Origin: the human T2T-CHM13v2.0 reference genome, Homo sapiens
Assembly (NCBI RefSeq): GCF_009914755.1
Contig: NC_060927.1
Reading direction: 5' to 3' (one strand)
Length of the DNA stretch: 64,000 nucleotides
In this document: in pieces, positions 1 to 13,254 of the stretch
How the letters are laid out: the number at the start of each line of letters is the position of its first letter
Numbering within the stretch: position 1 is the stretch's first letter
Position numbers and translations under genes: made by a program
The notes under the pieces: model-generated
Told to the model about the DNA's origin: nothing
Seen by the model: only the letters and a program-made list of their open reading frames with translations
The model's database searches: none

Positions 1-325
1 GGGAGCGATGACAGCAGGTTCAGAATCTCCAAGGTGAAAATGAGTCCATAACTCTTGGAAAACCATCAGAAGCCCCTTCTGGTTGGAGCAGTGAAAGGAG
101 ACGGTGGCATGAGATGTAGAACTGAGGAAAGCCAGGGTCACATAGTGCAGGGTCTTGTAGAGGACAGTCAAAACTGTAGATATTTTCATCTAGGCAATGG
201 CACATTTTTGGTGGGTTTTAAGCAATGGTAGTGACATTATATGATTTGTTTAAAAAGTAATGTAGCCAATGCCTGCTGTTGGAGAATAAACTGAAGGTAG
301 GAGGGTGGATGAAAGGCAGGGTAGT
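1..325 (+). mobile_element. L2 LINE fragment (ancient)
   Basis: Degenerate L2 3'-region motifs (gcagggtcttgtag...ggcaatgg...gggttttaagca...gtgacat); boundaries approximate. Confidence 0.5.
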
Positions 326-334
326 AGTAAGATA

Positions 335-1000
335 TCCTTCCTCTCTACCCTTTCATTCTGTAGTTCCATATGTTTAGAATAAGCATGACACTGCATGACT
401 TGCTAAGTGCCAAAGGAGAGAAGAAATCAGAGATACTTTAACTGCTGAGGCAGATACTGTTTCCCCCTTCTTCCTTAATCTACAGAATTCTGATTTTATT
501 TGGGCAGCAGCATACTTAGAGAAGGACAGTCCATTCTCTAGCCTGGAAGATGAGTCATGAAGTCCTAAACCGTACAAAATAATTCCAATCCCCTTCGCTA
601 GTGATTGGCTTAGGCGTGGGCATGTGGCTTTATTCTAGATACTAAAGAAGAAATTTCTTTGCTGGGTGGATGGGAGGGGAGAGGAGCAGAGATCAGTGAT
701 AAAGATCAGTAAATGTTATTACCTCTTGATAAAAATAGAGATAACAGAGATCCTCTTTCCTCTTTGTGCCTTGAATACTACTGGGAACAACTAGCTTTGC
801 AGCAGATACCTTGTAACCATATAGTGACCAAACTCAACATGCTAAAGATCACAGATTAGAAAGACAGGAAGAATCTGAGTCTGTTGAGCATCAAAACTAT
901 ATAACCATCTATGACTAGACAGCTGTAGGTGTCTAAAGAGTATAAGTCATTATTAATTTGGATGTTCCATTACTTGCAGCCAAATGCATTCTAATTAATA
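335..1000 (+). mobile_element. Ancient MaLR/ERVL LTR (MLT1J/K-like)
   Basis: gtgattggcttagg...gggcatgtg and terminal ttacttgcagccaaatgcattctaa typical of old MLT1-type LTRs. Confidence 0.5.
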
Positions 1001-1599
1001 TATCTGTGTGTAAATTTGCTAGGTCCTGTCCAGTTCTTCATAATTGAAAAGTGAAAGAAGCAATGAAATCCAAAGTAGCTGTGAGTGAAATAACTTAGAA
1101 ATTTATTTCTGAAGTTAAAGTCTAGATGCAGATATTTCAGAACTAGAATAGTGGGTCTTCTATCTTGCTCTCCTGCTGGTGAAATCTGTTCCAAAGTTAA
1201 CTCACTGGACAAGGTGGCCACTTCGTCTCTAGCCACAGGTCCATATTCTAACCATCAGGAAAGAGAAAAGACAGAGAGGGATATGGCCTCTGAAGGACAA
1301 CCATTCTACTTATATCCATTTGCTCTTAGTCACATGAACATTCCTAACTGAAAAATGTTGTCTGTTTGCTAGGAAATTATGTATACAACAAAAACTTGGG
1401 GAATAAGTTACCAAAAGAAGATAATACACTAGGCAGGGGAGTAAGGGGTGGGATAGGGGAGGGAATTGCAGGCAGCCTGTCTTCCACACACAACTGTAAC
1501 AAAAGACGATTGGATATCTGCCTATTGAGAACTGACTGTATTGTATAATTGTTATGGTAGATGTTATCATTTGTTGAGTGTATCAGGCTTTGTACTTGA

Positions 1600-1966
1600 A
1601 CTTGTTGCTAAATATTGCACTTATTCTTCTACTTCTGGGCACATGATAGGCTTATGAATTTCCTGGCACTCTTGAGGTTGGGCTGGGTATGAGTAGAGTT
1701 GGCATACTTCACTTCTCGGTAAAGCATTATTTATTAATTTGTGACCATACAGAGAGTTTCTCCTCTGCCACAGTAGCTGGCAATGTTGCAGATAGTGGCT
1801 GATCTGTTGCTCTAATTTCCAGAGTATCAACAAAAATGAAATGGAGCAGAACTCCCAGCTAATCTACAGTGGGCATAGAAGTGAGAAATAAAACTTTGTT
1901 TTAAGCCTCTGAGGTCAGAAGATTGTTTATTCTGATGGTGTGACTCAGCCTGTCTTGACTGAAACA
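1600..1966 (+). mobile_element. MLT1-type LTR inserted in a MIR
   Basis: gagaaataaaactttgttttaagcctctgag...gcctgtcttgactgaaaca MLT1 3' end; MIR-like sequence on both sides. Confidence 0.55.
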
Positions 1967-2298
1967 ATACATGTATTTTCTCTTAAATTATAGCAATACT
2001 AAAATGTAAATATTGCCATCTCCACTTTTCAAGTGTTCAGAGAAGGTTAACGACCTGCCAAAGCCCATACCCCTTGAAGTACTCGGTCCTGTATGAACAT
2101 CCCTTGAAACACTGGGTCCCAGCATAAAATCTTGAGCCCTCCCAGTTATCCACACTCCCATCCTAATGTTGAACTGCTTATATCCTGATGATAAACACTG
2201 TTTTCAAGTCCTCTCGGACCCTAATAGCCCCTGATTTCAATATTTTTATTTTAACATTAGCTCATTGACCAAGGGGCAGTCATACTAAGATCATGGTT

Positions 2299-2973
2299 TA
2301 TCGGAGGAACCACCCCTGATATTTCAACGTAGGTTCTTTTCTATTTTCCCTAAGTGTCGGCCGGTCTGAGAAATAAAGGGAAAGAGTACAAAAAATAGAA
2401 ATTTTAAAGCTGGGTATCAGGGGAGACATCGCATGTCGGCAGGTTCCGTGATGCCCCATGAGCAGTAAAACCAGCAAGTTTTTATTAGCCAATTTTCAAA
2501 GGGGAGGGAGTGTACGAATAGGAATGCATTCTTTTCCCAGGGCTGTTAATTATTAATATTCCTTACTGGGGAAAGAATTCAGCGATATTTCTCTTACCCA
2601 TTTTCGGTAATAAGAGAAATATGGCTCTGTCCTGCCCGGCCCACAGGCAGCTAGACTTTTAAGGTTATCTCCCTTGTTCCCTGAAAATCGCTGTTATCCT
2701 GTTTTTAAGGTGCCCAGATTTCATATTGTTCAAACACACATGCTTTACGAACAATTTGTGCAGTTAATGCAGTCAACACAGGGTCCTGAGGTGACATACA
2801 TCCTCAGCTTAAGAAGATGATAGGATTAAGAGATTAAAGTAAAGACAGGCATAGGAAATTATAAGAGTATTGATTAGGGAAGTGATAAATGTCCATGAAA
2901 TCTTCACAGTTTATGTTCTTCTGTCATGGCTTCAGCAGGTCCCTCCATTTGGGGTCCCTGACTTCCCACAACA
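2299..2973 (-). mobile_element. MER11 solo LTR (HERV-K11/HML-8), internally deleted
   Basis: Reverse complement starts TGTTGTGGGAAGTCAGGGACCCCAAATGGAGGGACC (MER11 5' end); perfect 6-bp TSD ATGGTT at 2293-2298 and 2974-2979. Confidence 0.9.
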
Positions 2974-2991
2974 ATGGTTACGGGTAGATGA

Positions 2992-3461
2992 TGTTAAAGA
3001 AGAAATTATTCAATGATGCTTGTCAAAGGTGGTAAGGAAGATTTTATTCAAGGTGGGCCATGATGATAGATGTGAAGACCACTGCAAGGGGGTCTTGGAC
3101 TCGACTTCAAATGTAGCATGGGAATTTACAGCCAAGGAGCAGTGTGAGGTCAGCAGATAGAAAATTACCAAGAGGAAACATCAGGGGTAAGGGGAGATTC
3201 TGGCTAAACTGGTTTAACAGGATTTTTCCTGAAGGCAGACCAGGTTCCTCAGACATAACCTAGGAGATGCTAGAGGATGGGGAACCTGGTTTCAAGGGTG
3301 AGCAGATTTCAAGGGCAGGGGGTTCTGGCTAAACTGATTTAGCAAATTCTTGCTAAAACGGGAAAATGCAGAGACAAACATGGAAATCCAAAAGTCAGGT
3401 CCAGTTGAAAAAAGAGTTCAGGGGAGCCTGAGTAGTTTGATCAATGACAGAATCTTTTTCA
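2992..3461 (-). mobile_element. ERV1 solo LTR (MER31/MER67-like)
   Basis: tgttaaagaagaaattattcaatgat...ttctggctaaactgatttagc...ttcttgctaaaac...gagcctgagtagtttgatcaa resembles MER31/67 in reverse orientation. Confidence 0.65.
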
Positions 3462-4933
3462 GTAAATGTTCCAGAAACTAGATAAAGTTGTGAACATTAT
3501 AGTAAACATTTAATAGGCAGCCTCTGTCTTTTAAAAGTAAAAATAACCATGTACTTTACTGTGATGTCAAGATATGATTATCTAGTCCTTAAATTCTCTT
3601 AAATTTTCTTCCAGGGCACAAATCACATGCACTTTGACAGGGCCCTGATACATATAAAAACAAAAACAAAACAGAAAACCAAGAGATAGTGATAGGTTTT
3701 GAACTTTTTGACTATTTTAAGGATATGCATCTAACAAATTTAAGCTTCTCATTTCAAAATGAAAGTAACACAGTATAATTGTGTTATTCACACCATAATA
3801 TTAGAAGGTAAAAAAAATGTTAATTGATGGTACCTAGACTTGAGAGGTGGTGCTCTGAAAATGGCATAGAGGTTGAAATATGTATGAAGAACATACTTTT
3901 CTTTCAATCCTATGTGTGCCTCTGAGAGTATACAAAACTTTATTTGACAGTATCATCAAAAGATGTCATTGAAGTTCTTTGTATTTGTGAGACGTGAACC
4001 AAATTACTCTCCTGGTCCCTCAGTGACAGGCTTTGCTTCCTGCATTTACTGTTTTCCCTAGCAGAGCACCCACACTGCTAGGCTGGGCCAAGAAAAGAAG
4101 ACAGAGATGAAACCCAAATCGGTCACACTGACCACTTGTTACCCCTTCCTGTCAAGAGTATAGCCCAAGAGGGCTCTAAAATGATTGGACAGAATGAAGT
4201 TTTGAGATTATCCATGGATTTCAATTACAGTATTTGTGCTCTCTGAGACCCCCATTACTATCAATAGTTGAGAGTTGGAAATATTGTTGAGATTTTTGAG
4301 ATTTATGGGATTTTTTCACTGGGTAGCTACATCCAACTTGAAGCCCACATTATCAGCACTTTTCTATTATCTGCAAATGTAGTTTCTAAGAAAGACGTAT
4401 GTTTGCTGTCTGCATGACTTTAGAAACTGCCAACTCATCAAAAGCTACACCATTTTTAGTAAGACATAAATTCCACGAGGTGTCAAATTATTTCTTGTCA
4501 AAGTGGTTGGTTCATTGGAAAGTCCAGAAGAAAAGAAAGAAAAAGAAATGAGTAATACATCTCAATGGTTCAAACTGAAGCACCTTTCCAAGCAATTGTT
4601 AGGATCAGTGCTGGCAAAGGCTTAAGAGGTCACAGAGAAGAACACATTTGGAGTATTTTTACGGTTTTTAAAATACCATTAAAATAATGAAGATTAATAT
4701 TTAAAACATTTTATAAATATAAATGTATATAAAATAAAAATATTTAATAAAATATTAAAATACTAGTATACTAGTAGTATAGGTTATTGAAAGAAGAAAT
4801 TTGACAAGGAGCACTCAGGAGACATCATTGCTGTCCAGTGGGAAGTAGGCATGTGAAAAGTATAATTCATCTCCCATTTGTTGCTCACTTCCAAGACTGG
4901 CTCTCTTATTTTCTCTTTTGAAAAGTCAGAGAG

Positions 4934-5281
<348 letters not shown>

Positions 5282-5289
5282 TCAGACCA

Positions 5290-5470
5290 CTGGCTTTGAT
5301 GTTAGATAACTTGTATTCAAATTCTGATTCTGGTATGTATTAATTACACAACCTTGTACCAGTGATGGGCTGTCTAAGCTTCAGTTTTCTTATCTGCAAA
5401 ATGGAGATAACAACAGAATCTATAGGGACACTGAAGGATTGAACTTTAAAAGCACATCTACAGCTCCACT
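5290..5470 (+). mobile_element. MIR
   Basis: cttcagttttcttatctgcaaaatggagataac core. Confidence 0.7.
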
Positions 5471-5515
5471 TAAGAACATGATGGAAGTAATTGCTTAGTA
5501 TCTTGACTGTGGTGG

Positions 5516-7992
5516 TGATACAGTTTGGCTGTGTCCCCATCCAAATCTCACCTTGAATTATAATCATCCTCATGTGTCAAGGGCAGGCCAGGTGAAGATA
5601 ATTGAATCATGGGGACAGTTTCTCCTATACTGTTCTCATGGTAGTGAATAAGTCTCACAAAATATGATGGTTTCATAAAGGGAAGTTTTCCTGCACAAGC
5701 TCTCTTGCCTGCTGCCATGCAAGACATGACTTTGATTCTCATTCACCTTCTGCCATGATTGGGAAGCCTCCCCAGCCATGTGGAACTGTGAGTCAATTAA
5801 ACCTCTTTTCTTTATAAATTACCCAGTCTTAGCTATCTCTTTATTAGCAGCATGAGAACAGACTAATACAGTAAACTGGTACTGGTAGAGTGGGGTGCTG
5901 CTCTAAAGATACCCCAAAATGTGGAAGCTAATTTGGAACTGGGTAACAGGCAGAGGTTGGAACAGTTTAGAGGACTCAGAAGAAGACAGAAAAATGTGGG
6001 GAAAGTCTGGAACTTCCTAGAGACTTGTTGAATGTCTTTGCATAAAATGCTGATAGTGATATGGACATTAAAGTTCAGGAGATGAGAAAATTGTTGGGAA
6101 CTGGAGCAAAGGTGGCTCTTGCTATGTTTTAGCAAAGACACTAGTGGCATTTTGCCCCTGCCCTAGAGATTTGTGGAACTTTGAACTTGAGGGAGTTAAT
6201 TTAGGGCATCTGGCAAAAGAAATTTCTAAGCAGCAATGCATTCAAGAGGTGATTTAGGTGCTGTTAAAAGCATTCTGTTTTAAAAGGGAAACAGAGCATA
6301 AAAGTTCGGAAAATTTGCAGCCTGACGATGCAATAGAAAAGCCCACTTTCTGAGGAGAAATTCAAGATGGCTGTGGAAATTTGCATAAGTAACGAGGAGT
6401 CAAATGTTAATCACCAAGACAAAGGGGAAAATGTCTCCAGGTCATGTCTGAGACCCTTGGCAGCCCCTACCACCACAGACCTGGAAGCCTAGGAGGGAAA
6501 AATGTTTCCTGGCGTGGATCCAGGGTTCCCCATCTGTGTGCCACCTCAGGACTTGGTGCCCTGCATCCAAGACTCTCCAGCCATGGCTAAAAGGGGCCAA
6601 CGTACAGCTCAGGCCATGGCTTCAGAGGGTGCAAGTCCAAGCCTTGGCAGCTTCCATGTGGTATTGAGTCTGCAGGTGCACAGAAGTCAAGAATTGAGAT
6701 TTGGGGACCTCCACCTAGATTTCAGAGGATGTATGGAAATGTCTGAATGTCCAGGCAGAAGTTTGCTGCAGGGGCAGGGCCCTCATGGAGAACCTCTGCT
6801 AGGGCAGTGCAGAAGGGAAGTGTGAGGTACGAGCCCCCACACAGAGTCCCCACTGGGGTACTGCCTAGTGGAGCTGTGAGAAGAGGGCCAACCATCCTTC
6901 AGACCCCAAAATGGTAGATCCACTGATGACTTGCACCATGCACCTAGAAAAGCCACAGACACTCAACATCAGTCTGTGAAAGCATCCAGGAGGGAGCTGC
7001 ACCCTGAAAAACCAGAGGGGTGGAGCTGCCCAAGGCCATGGGAGGCCACTTCTTGTATCAGCATGCCCTGGATGTGAGAACTTGGAGTCCGACGTTCAAG
7101 GGCAAGAAGCATCCAGCATGAGAGAAAAATGGAGGCCAGAAGACTTAGCCAGTCCAGTGTTTCTATGACTCTCTGCCTGCTTTTATCCTAGCCATGCTGG
7201 CTGCTGATTAGATGGTGCCCACCCAAATTGAGGGTGGATCTGTGTCTCCCAGTTCACTGACACAAATATTAATCTCCTTTGGTGACACCCTCACAGACAC
7301 ACCAAGGAACAATACTTTGCATCCTTCAATCCTATCAAGTTGACATTCAATATTAACCATCACAGTGTATGCAAAGCACTGAGACTTGGGACTGTTAAGG
7401 ACAAAAACTCTGGAGCACTATCTGAGTGTACCCCCATTGTATCTAGGAAGTAACTAACTTGCTTTTGATTTTACAGCCTCATAGGTGGAAGCGACTTGCC
7501 TACTCTCAGATGAGACTTTGCACTGTGGGCTTTTGAGTTAATGCTGAAATGAGCTAAGACTTTAGGGGATTGTTGAGAAGCCATGATTGGTTTTGAAATG
7601 TGAGGACATGAGATTTGGGGGGGACCAGTGACAGAATGATATGGTTTGACTGTGTCCCCACCCAAATCTAATCTTGAATTGTAATAATCCCCACATGTCA
7701 AGGGTGGGTTCAAGTATAGATAATTGAATCATGGGGGTGGTTTTCCCCATACTGTTCTCATGATACTAAATAAGTCTCACAAGATCTGATGGTTTTATAA
7801 ATGGGAGTTTCCCCATACAAACTCTCTTGCCTGCCACCATGTAAGAAGTCACTTTGCTCCCCATTAGACTTCAGCCATGATTGTGAGGCCTCCCCAGCCA
7901 TGTGGAACTGTGAGTCAATTAAGCCTCTTTCCTTTATAAATTACCCAGTCCTGTGTATGTCTTTATTAACAGCATAAGAATGGACTAATACA
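5516..7992 (+). mobile_element. Full-length THE1 (MaLR) provirus: 5' LTR 5516-5870, THE1-int 5871-7636, 3' LTR 7637-7992
   Basis: Both LTRs start TGATA(C/T).GTTTG.CTGTGTCCCCA and end GACTAATACA; THE1-int motifs between them; 5-bp TSD GGTGG at 5511-5515 and 7993-7997; inserted into an L1M 3' end. Confidence 0.95.
7077..7427 (-). mobile_element. MLT2A LTR fragment plus unique flank embedded in THE1-int (copy of 23781-24118)
   Basis: MLT2A terminus ...tattaaccatcaca (7364) followed by 51 bp matching 24056-24106 at 46/51. Confidence 0.9.
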
Positions 7993-8042
7993 GGTGGTAT
8001 ACACACAAGCCTTCTACATGTGACAAAGTTGTTTAGAACTAA

Positions 8043-8079
<37 letters not shown>

Positions 8080-8285
8080 TACACATAAAATGGGGGAAAT
8101 TTGAACAAGATAAGTAGATTGTATCATTATCTATATATCTATAGATATATATCTATATACTGGTTGTGATATTGTAGTTTAGCAAAATGTTATGGAAAGA
8201 AACTGGATAAAGGGTATATAGGAGTTCTTTCTATTATTTTTTACAATTGCATGTAAATACATAATTATCTCAATTAAAAAATAAA
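7993..8285 (+). mobile_element. Old L1M (L1MC-like) 3' UTR, interrupted by THE1 (left part ~5472-5515)
   Basis: tatcttgactgtggtgg|...ctggttgtgatattgta...aaactggataaagggtatataggag...caattgcatgtaaat. Confidence 0.65.
8045..8077. repeat. (CA)n microsatellite, about 16 units
   Basis: Direct read. Confidence 0.95.
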
Positions 8286-10682
8286 ATGCCTATAAATCAG
8301 TTAGCTCAATGTGTGGAATATCACATATGCCTAATAAGTGATAGCAACTTTTTGGAGAAGTGTCTACTTGTCTAATAAGTTACTTTGACTAATGAAGAAT
8401 AAGGAATGGCACATCATTCAAGCTTTAAGCAGAAATATAGAAGGCACTCTAGATATTTTGATTAGCTAAACATTTAACACAGGAATGACAGGCTTACATG
8501 ACTGGCATGAGGGCTAAGGTGGGAGGAGTGAGGAAATTTTTAGGAGATTACTTTTAAGAAATCTCGAAGTAATTGCCAACAAGTTGGAGTCAATGATCCC
8601 AGCTGCTTTCAAGATCAAAGTGATTGATTTTCAGAGGAAACCACAAATGGTGAGGAAAAGCACTGCCCATTACCTCAGCTACTTAGGAATCTTCGGTAGC
8701 TCAGGGAAACTGTTAACATGAACCAGAGAATAATGGCATGTATTTCCCTTCCACCTTCCAAACTTCACTCAGGAGCCTCTCACTCACTGTAGCTAGGGAA
8801 TCTATGAGGAATAGGATTCTAGGATATACAGTGGTAAGCTTCTTCCCATTGACCTAGACGAAATGGGAAGGGTATGATGATTGATTACAGTGATTATTAT
8901 GTTGTGAATTGATGACAGACAATCCACAACAGATAGAAAATGAAGAATATTTTGCCTTGCCTCTAGTTGCATAACTTGCTACATGGGATTCTTGTCTTAA
9001 CTTTCCAGTCTATTTTTTTTAAGTTTATAGCGCTCATCACCAGACACCAAAAATCTAGTGGTCTTACTAGCAGGTAGCATTATTTCCATCATGAAACTTG
9101 CTGCCAGACAGCAACAGCCTTGTTGTTTGGTTTGCATCCTTCCCAACCAGAATTGGTCAAAGGTAGAATGATTACCTGAGATACCAAGCCTCAGGTCTCT
9201 GCAGTTGTCTGCCCTCATAGGCCCAGTGCAGGCAAATAATGTCATGCAAAGGAAATGTTTTTCCAAGTCTTGATCACTTGGCTTTCTAGTGTGCTTTCTG
9301 CTCAGAAAAGACTCCAGAAAGGCCTTTCCTATTTAAGGTAGCATGCTCACTCCCCATCTCTAGTTATTCCATTAACTAGCTTTGTTGTTGTATATAATCT
9401 CCAAGAGGGTTGTAACCTTTGCTAACTTGTTCTACACTATATCCCCAGGGCCTAATAGTGCCTGAAACATGGAAAGTGCTAGATAAACATTTGTTGAATG
9501 AAGAAAGTTTTCAAGGAGATAAAGGTCAACATGAGCAAAGTGAATTAACTCAGAATCTAGTATTAAGTGTGTATCTGCAAGAAAATGTATCACCCCCCCC
9601 CCCAAGTAAATAAAAAGCCAAGCTATCCTACTTCTTGACTACAGTTTAACTATCAAATAATTTCCTAGACACTTTACAGAACTGTTGTCTAACATCATAA
9701 TACTAGTATGTTATTATTGGTCCCATATACAGACAATGAAACAAAAATTGAGTAAATCAAAGTTACTAAGATTACTCAGGATATAAGTCTGTATGTTTCC
9801 AGAGCCTTTATTTTCACCACTATACCAGGCTTCTTCATTTCTCTAAAGGGGCTAGAAACAGGGGTTGAAATAGGAATGAAACACTTGTCCATTCATCCAT
9901 TCGAGAATCTGAAGCTTTGCCTGGAGGCCGATTTCCACACCTGTGCCCCATTACTAAGAGCTATGGTGAGTTGGCTCTACCATCCATAGAAGCAAGCCAG
10001 AGCTATTCAGCTGTCAGAACTTGATTCAAAAGCTTTGGAAGTTGTCTGGTAGAATCTAGCAGAGTCAAACTCACTAAGGTATGAACTCAATGTGCAGACT
10101 TGGTCTCTAGTAACCTGAAATAGTTCAATGCAGTGGTTGTCAAAAGAACCAAGTTTACGTGAGAGTATAGCAGGTGCTGCATCTTGGTTTTATAAATCGT
10201 TGTAAATTATCTCTCTAACTATATTCCCAGCCATTTCTATTACTTCTCATGGAAAGCAAATTCAAACAGGCGTCATACCTGAAAAGGCATATAAGAAATT
10301 AAGACAAAGTGAGCCACACAAATCATCACTAATATATGGTTTCTAGTATAGGAGGAAATATAGCACAAGAGAGAAGCAATGAAAATGACAAAGATAACTT
10401 TGACTACCAGGACAAAGTTCTTGTTTATCACATTAGAGTGGCTTTGTTTTTTTCAGAGTGGTTGTGTTTTTCCTATTTTATATTACAAAAGTGGAGAGTT
10501 CCTCACAGCTGAGATGAGATGTGCTGAACTGATTAGCTAAGATCGTACTTCTTTATCAAAGAAGCTCTGGTTCTTTGAGTTCACCATTGATGATAAAACT
10601 GAAAATCTCTCTTGCTCAGGGTCAGATGTGAAACGATTCCTGGTCCCAATCTCCAGAGTCACTCTTTAAATGCTGGCTTCTA

Positions 10683-11809
<1,127 letters not shown>

Positions 11810-12569
11810 TAATTTTAAAGGTCCTGACCTTAAGCTGTTAAGTTTGAGATAGCCACAGTCTTCAGAAACCTGCAGCCATTCAACACAGTGAGAAAAGTGC
11901 TCGGGACCTGTCCTGTTTAGTACAAAGGTTATGAAAGGGAAGCATGGAACTCAACTAGTCTTTAAAAATGCAGAGATGACATTGGGGATTTTGAGGTGTT
12001 TTACAAACGTGTGAAGAATTCCAGTTTAACCACCTGAAATTTTACATCTATTTTTACATATCTGGAAGTGTAGAGTAATAATGAATGAATAGTTTCACAT
12101 GATTAAAGAAGCCTAATAATTGTCATTTTTCAAGTTGACTTAAGGTGGCTTCATAGATATCTATTTCTTATTCAATAATTGTGGCTAAAAGATATGCTGT
12201 GACCTGGGGCCACACCTAAATTAACCCTGAGGATTATTTTCTAATACCCATCCTTTTACATTCATAGGATTTGTTACCAGGATCCAAGATTATTTTTAAA
12301 GGATATATAGAACCCATTTGTAACCAGAAAATTTTTATACCAATATTAGTTATAACTATTAGTGTTTTATACCAATATTATAGTTATTAGTAATAGGATG
12401 AAATGAGTATGTTCTATCATAATGGTTAATTTTTATTATTTTGATCAATGTATAACATAAATATTAAAAGGCTGCTGGAATTTACACAAGGTAAATACAC
12501 CCATGTATCCAGCACTCAGATGAAGAAACAGAACATGATCAACATCTCAGAGACCCCCATGTGTCTCCT

Positions 12570-12648
12570 TTCAACTGCTTCATTCCCCCAAGGATATCTA
12601 TCCTGACTTCAACTGCTGCATTCCCCCAAGGGTATCTATCCTGACTTC
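12570..12648. repeat. 38-bp tandem duplication (2 copies)
   Basis: ttcaactgct(t/g)cattcccccaagg(a/g)tatctatcctgac at 12570-12607 and 12608-12645. Confidence 0.9.
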
Positions 12649-12928
12649 TAACACCATATATTAGTTTTGATTCTTTTTGAACTATAAATTATACAACACA
12701 ATTATATGTTTTATATATATAGTATATACTCTTTTATATATTTTAACATAATTTGTTTATGAGATTCATCCATATTGTTGCATATAACAGTTATTTCTTT
12801 TCCTTCTCATTACTATATAGAATTCCACAGAATGAGTGTATATTTTAAAAATTTACTCTACTTTTGATGGGCATTCAAGTAGATTCCAGCTTGGGACTAT
12901 TATAAATAGTGCTTTTAAAAAAAAATTC

Positions 12929-13254
<326 letters not shown>

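Noticed and set aside
4761-4776. 16-bp palindrome TACTAGTATACTAGTA, and the 9-bp-arm hairpin at 17311-17332
   Set aside because: Expected by chance in 64 kb of AT-rich DNA
6502-6825. 107-aa ORF
   Set aside because: Chance open frame in decayed THE1-int
7077-7364. Ordinary nested HERV-L/MLT2A integration into THE1
   Set aside because: One LTR end is missing, there is no TSD, and it carries the flank of the 23.6-kb copy
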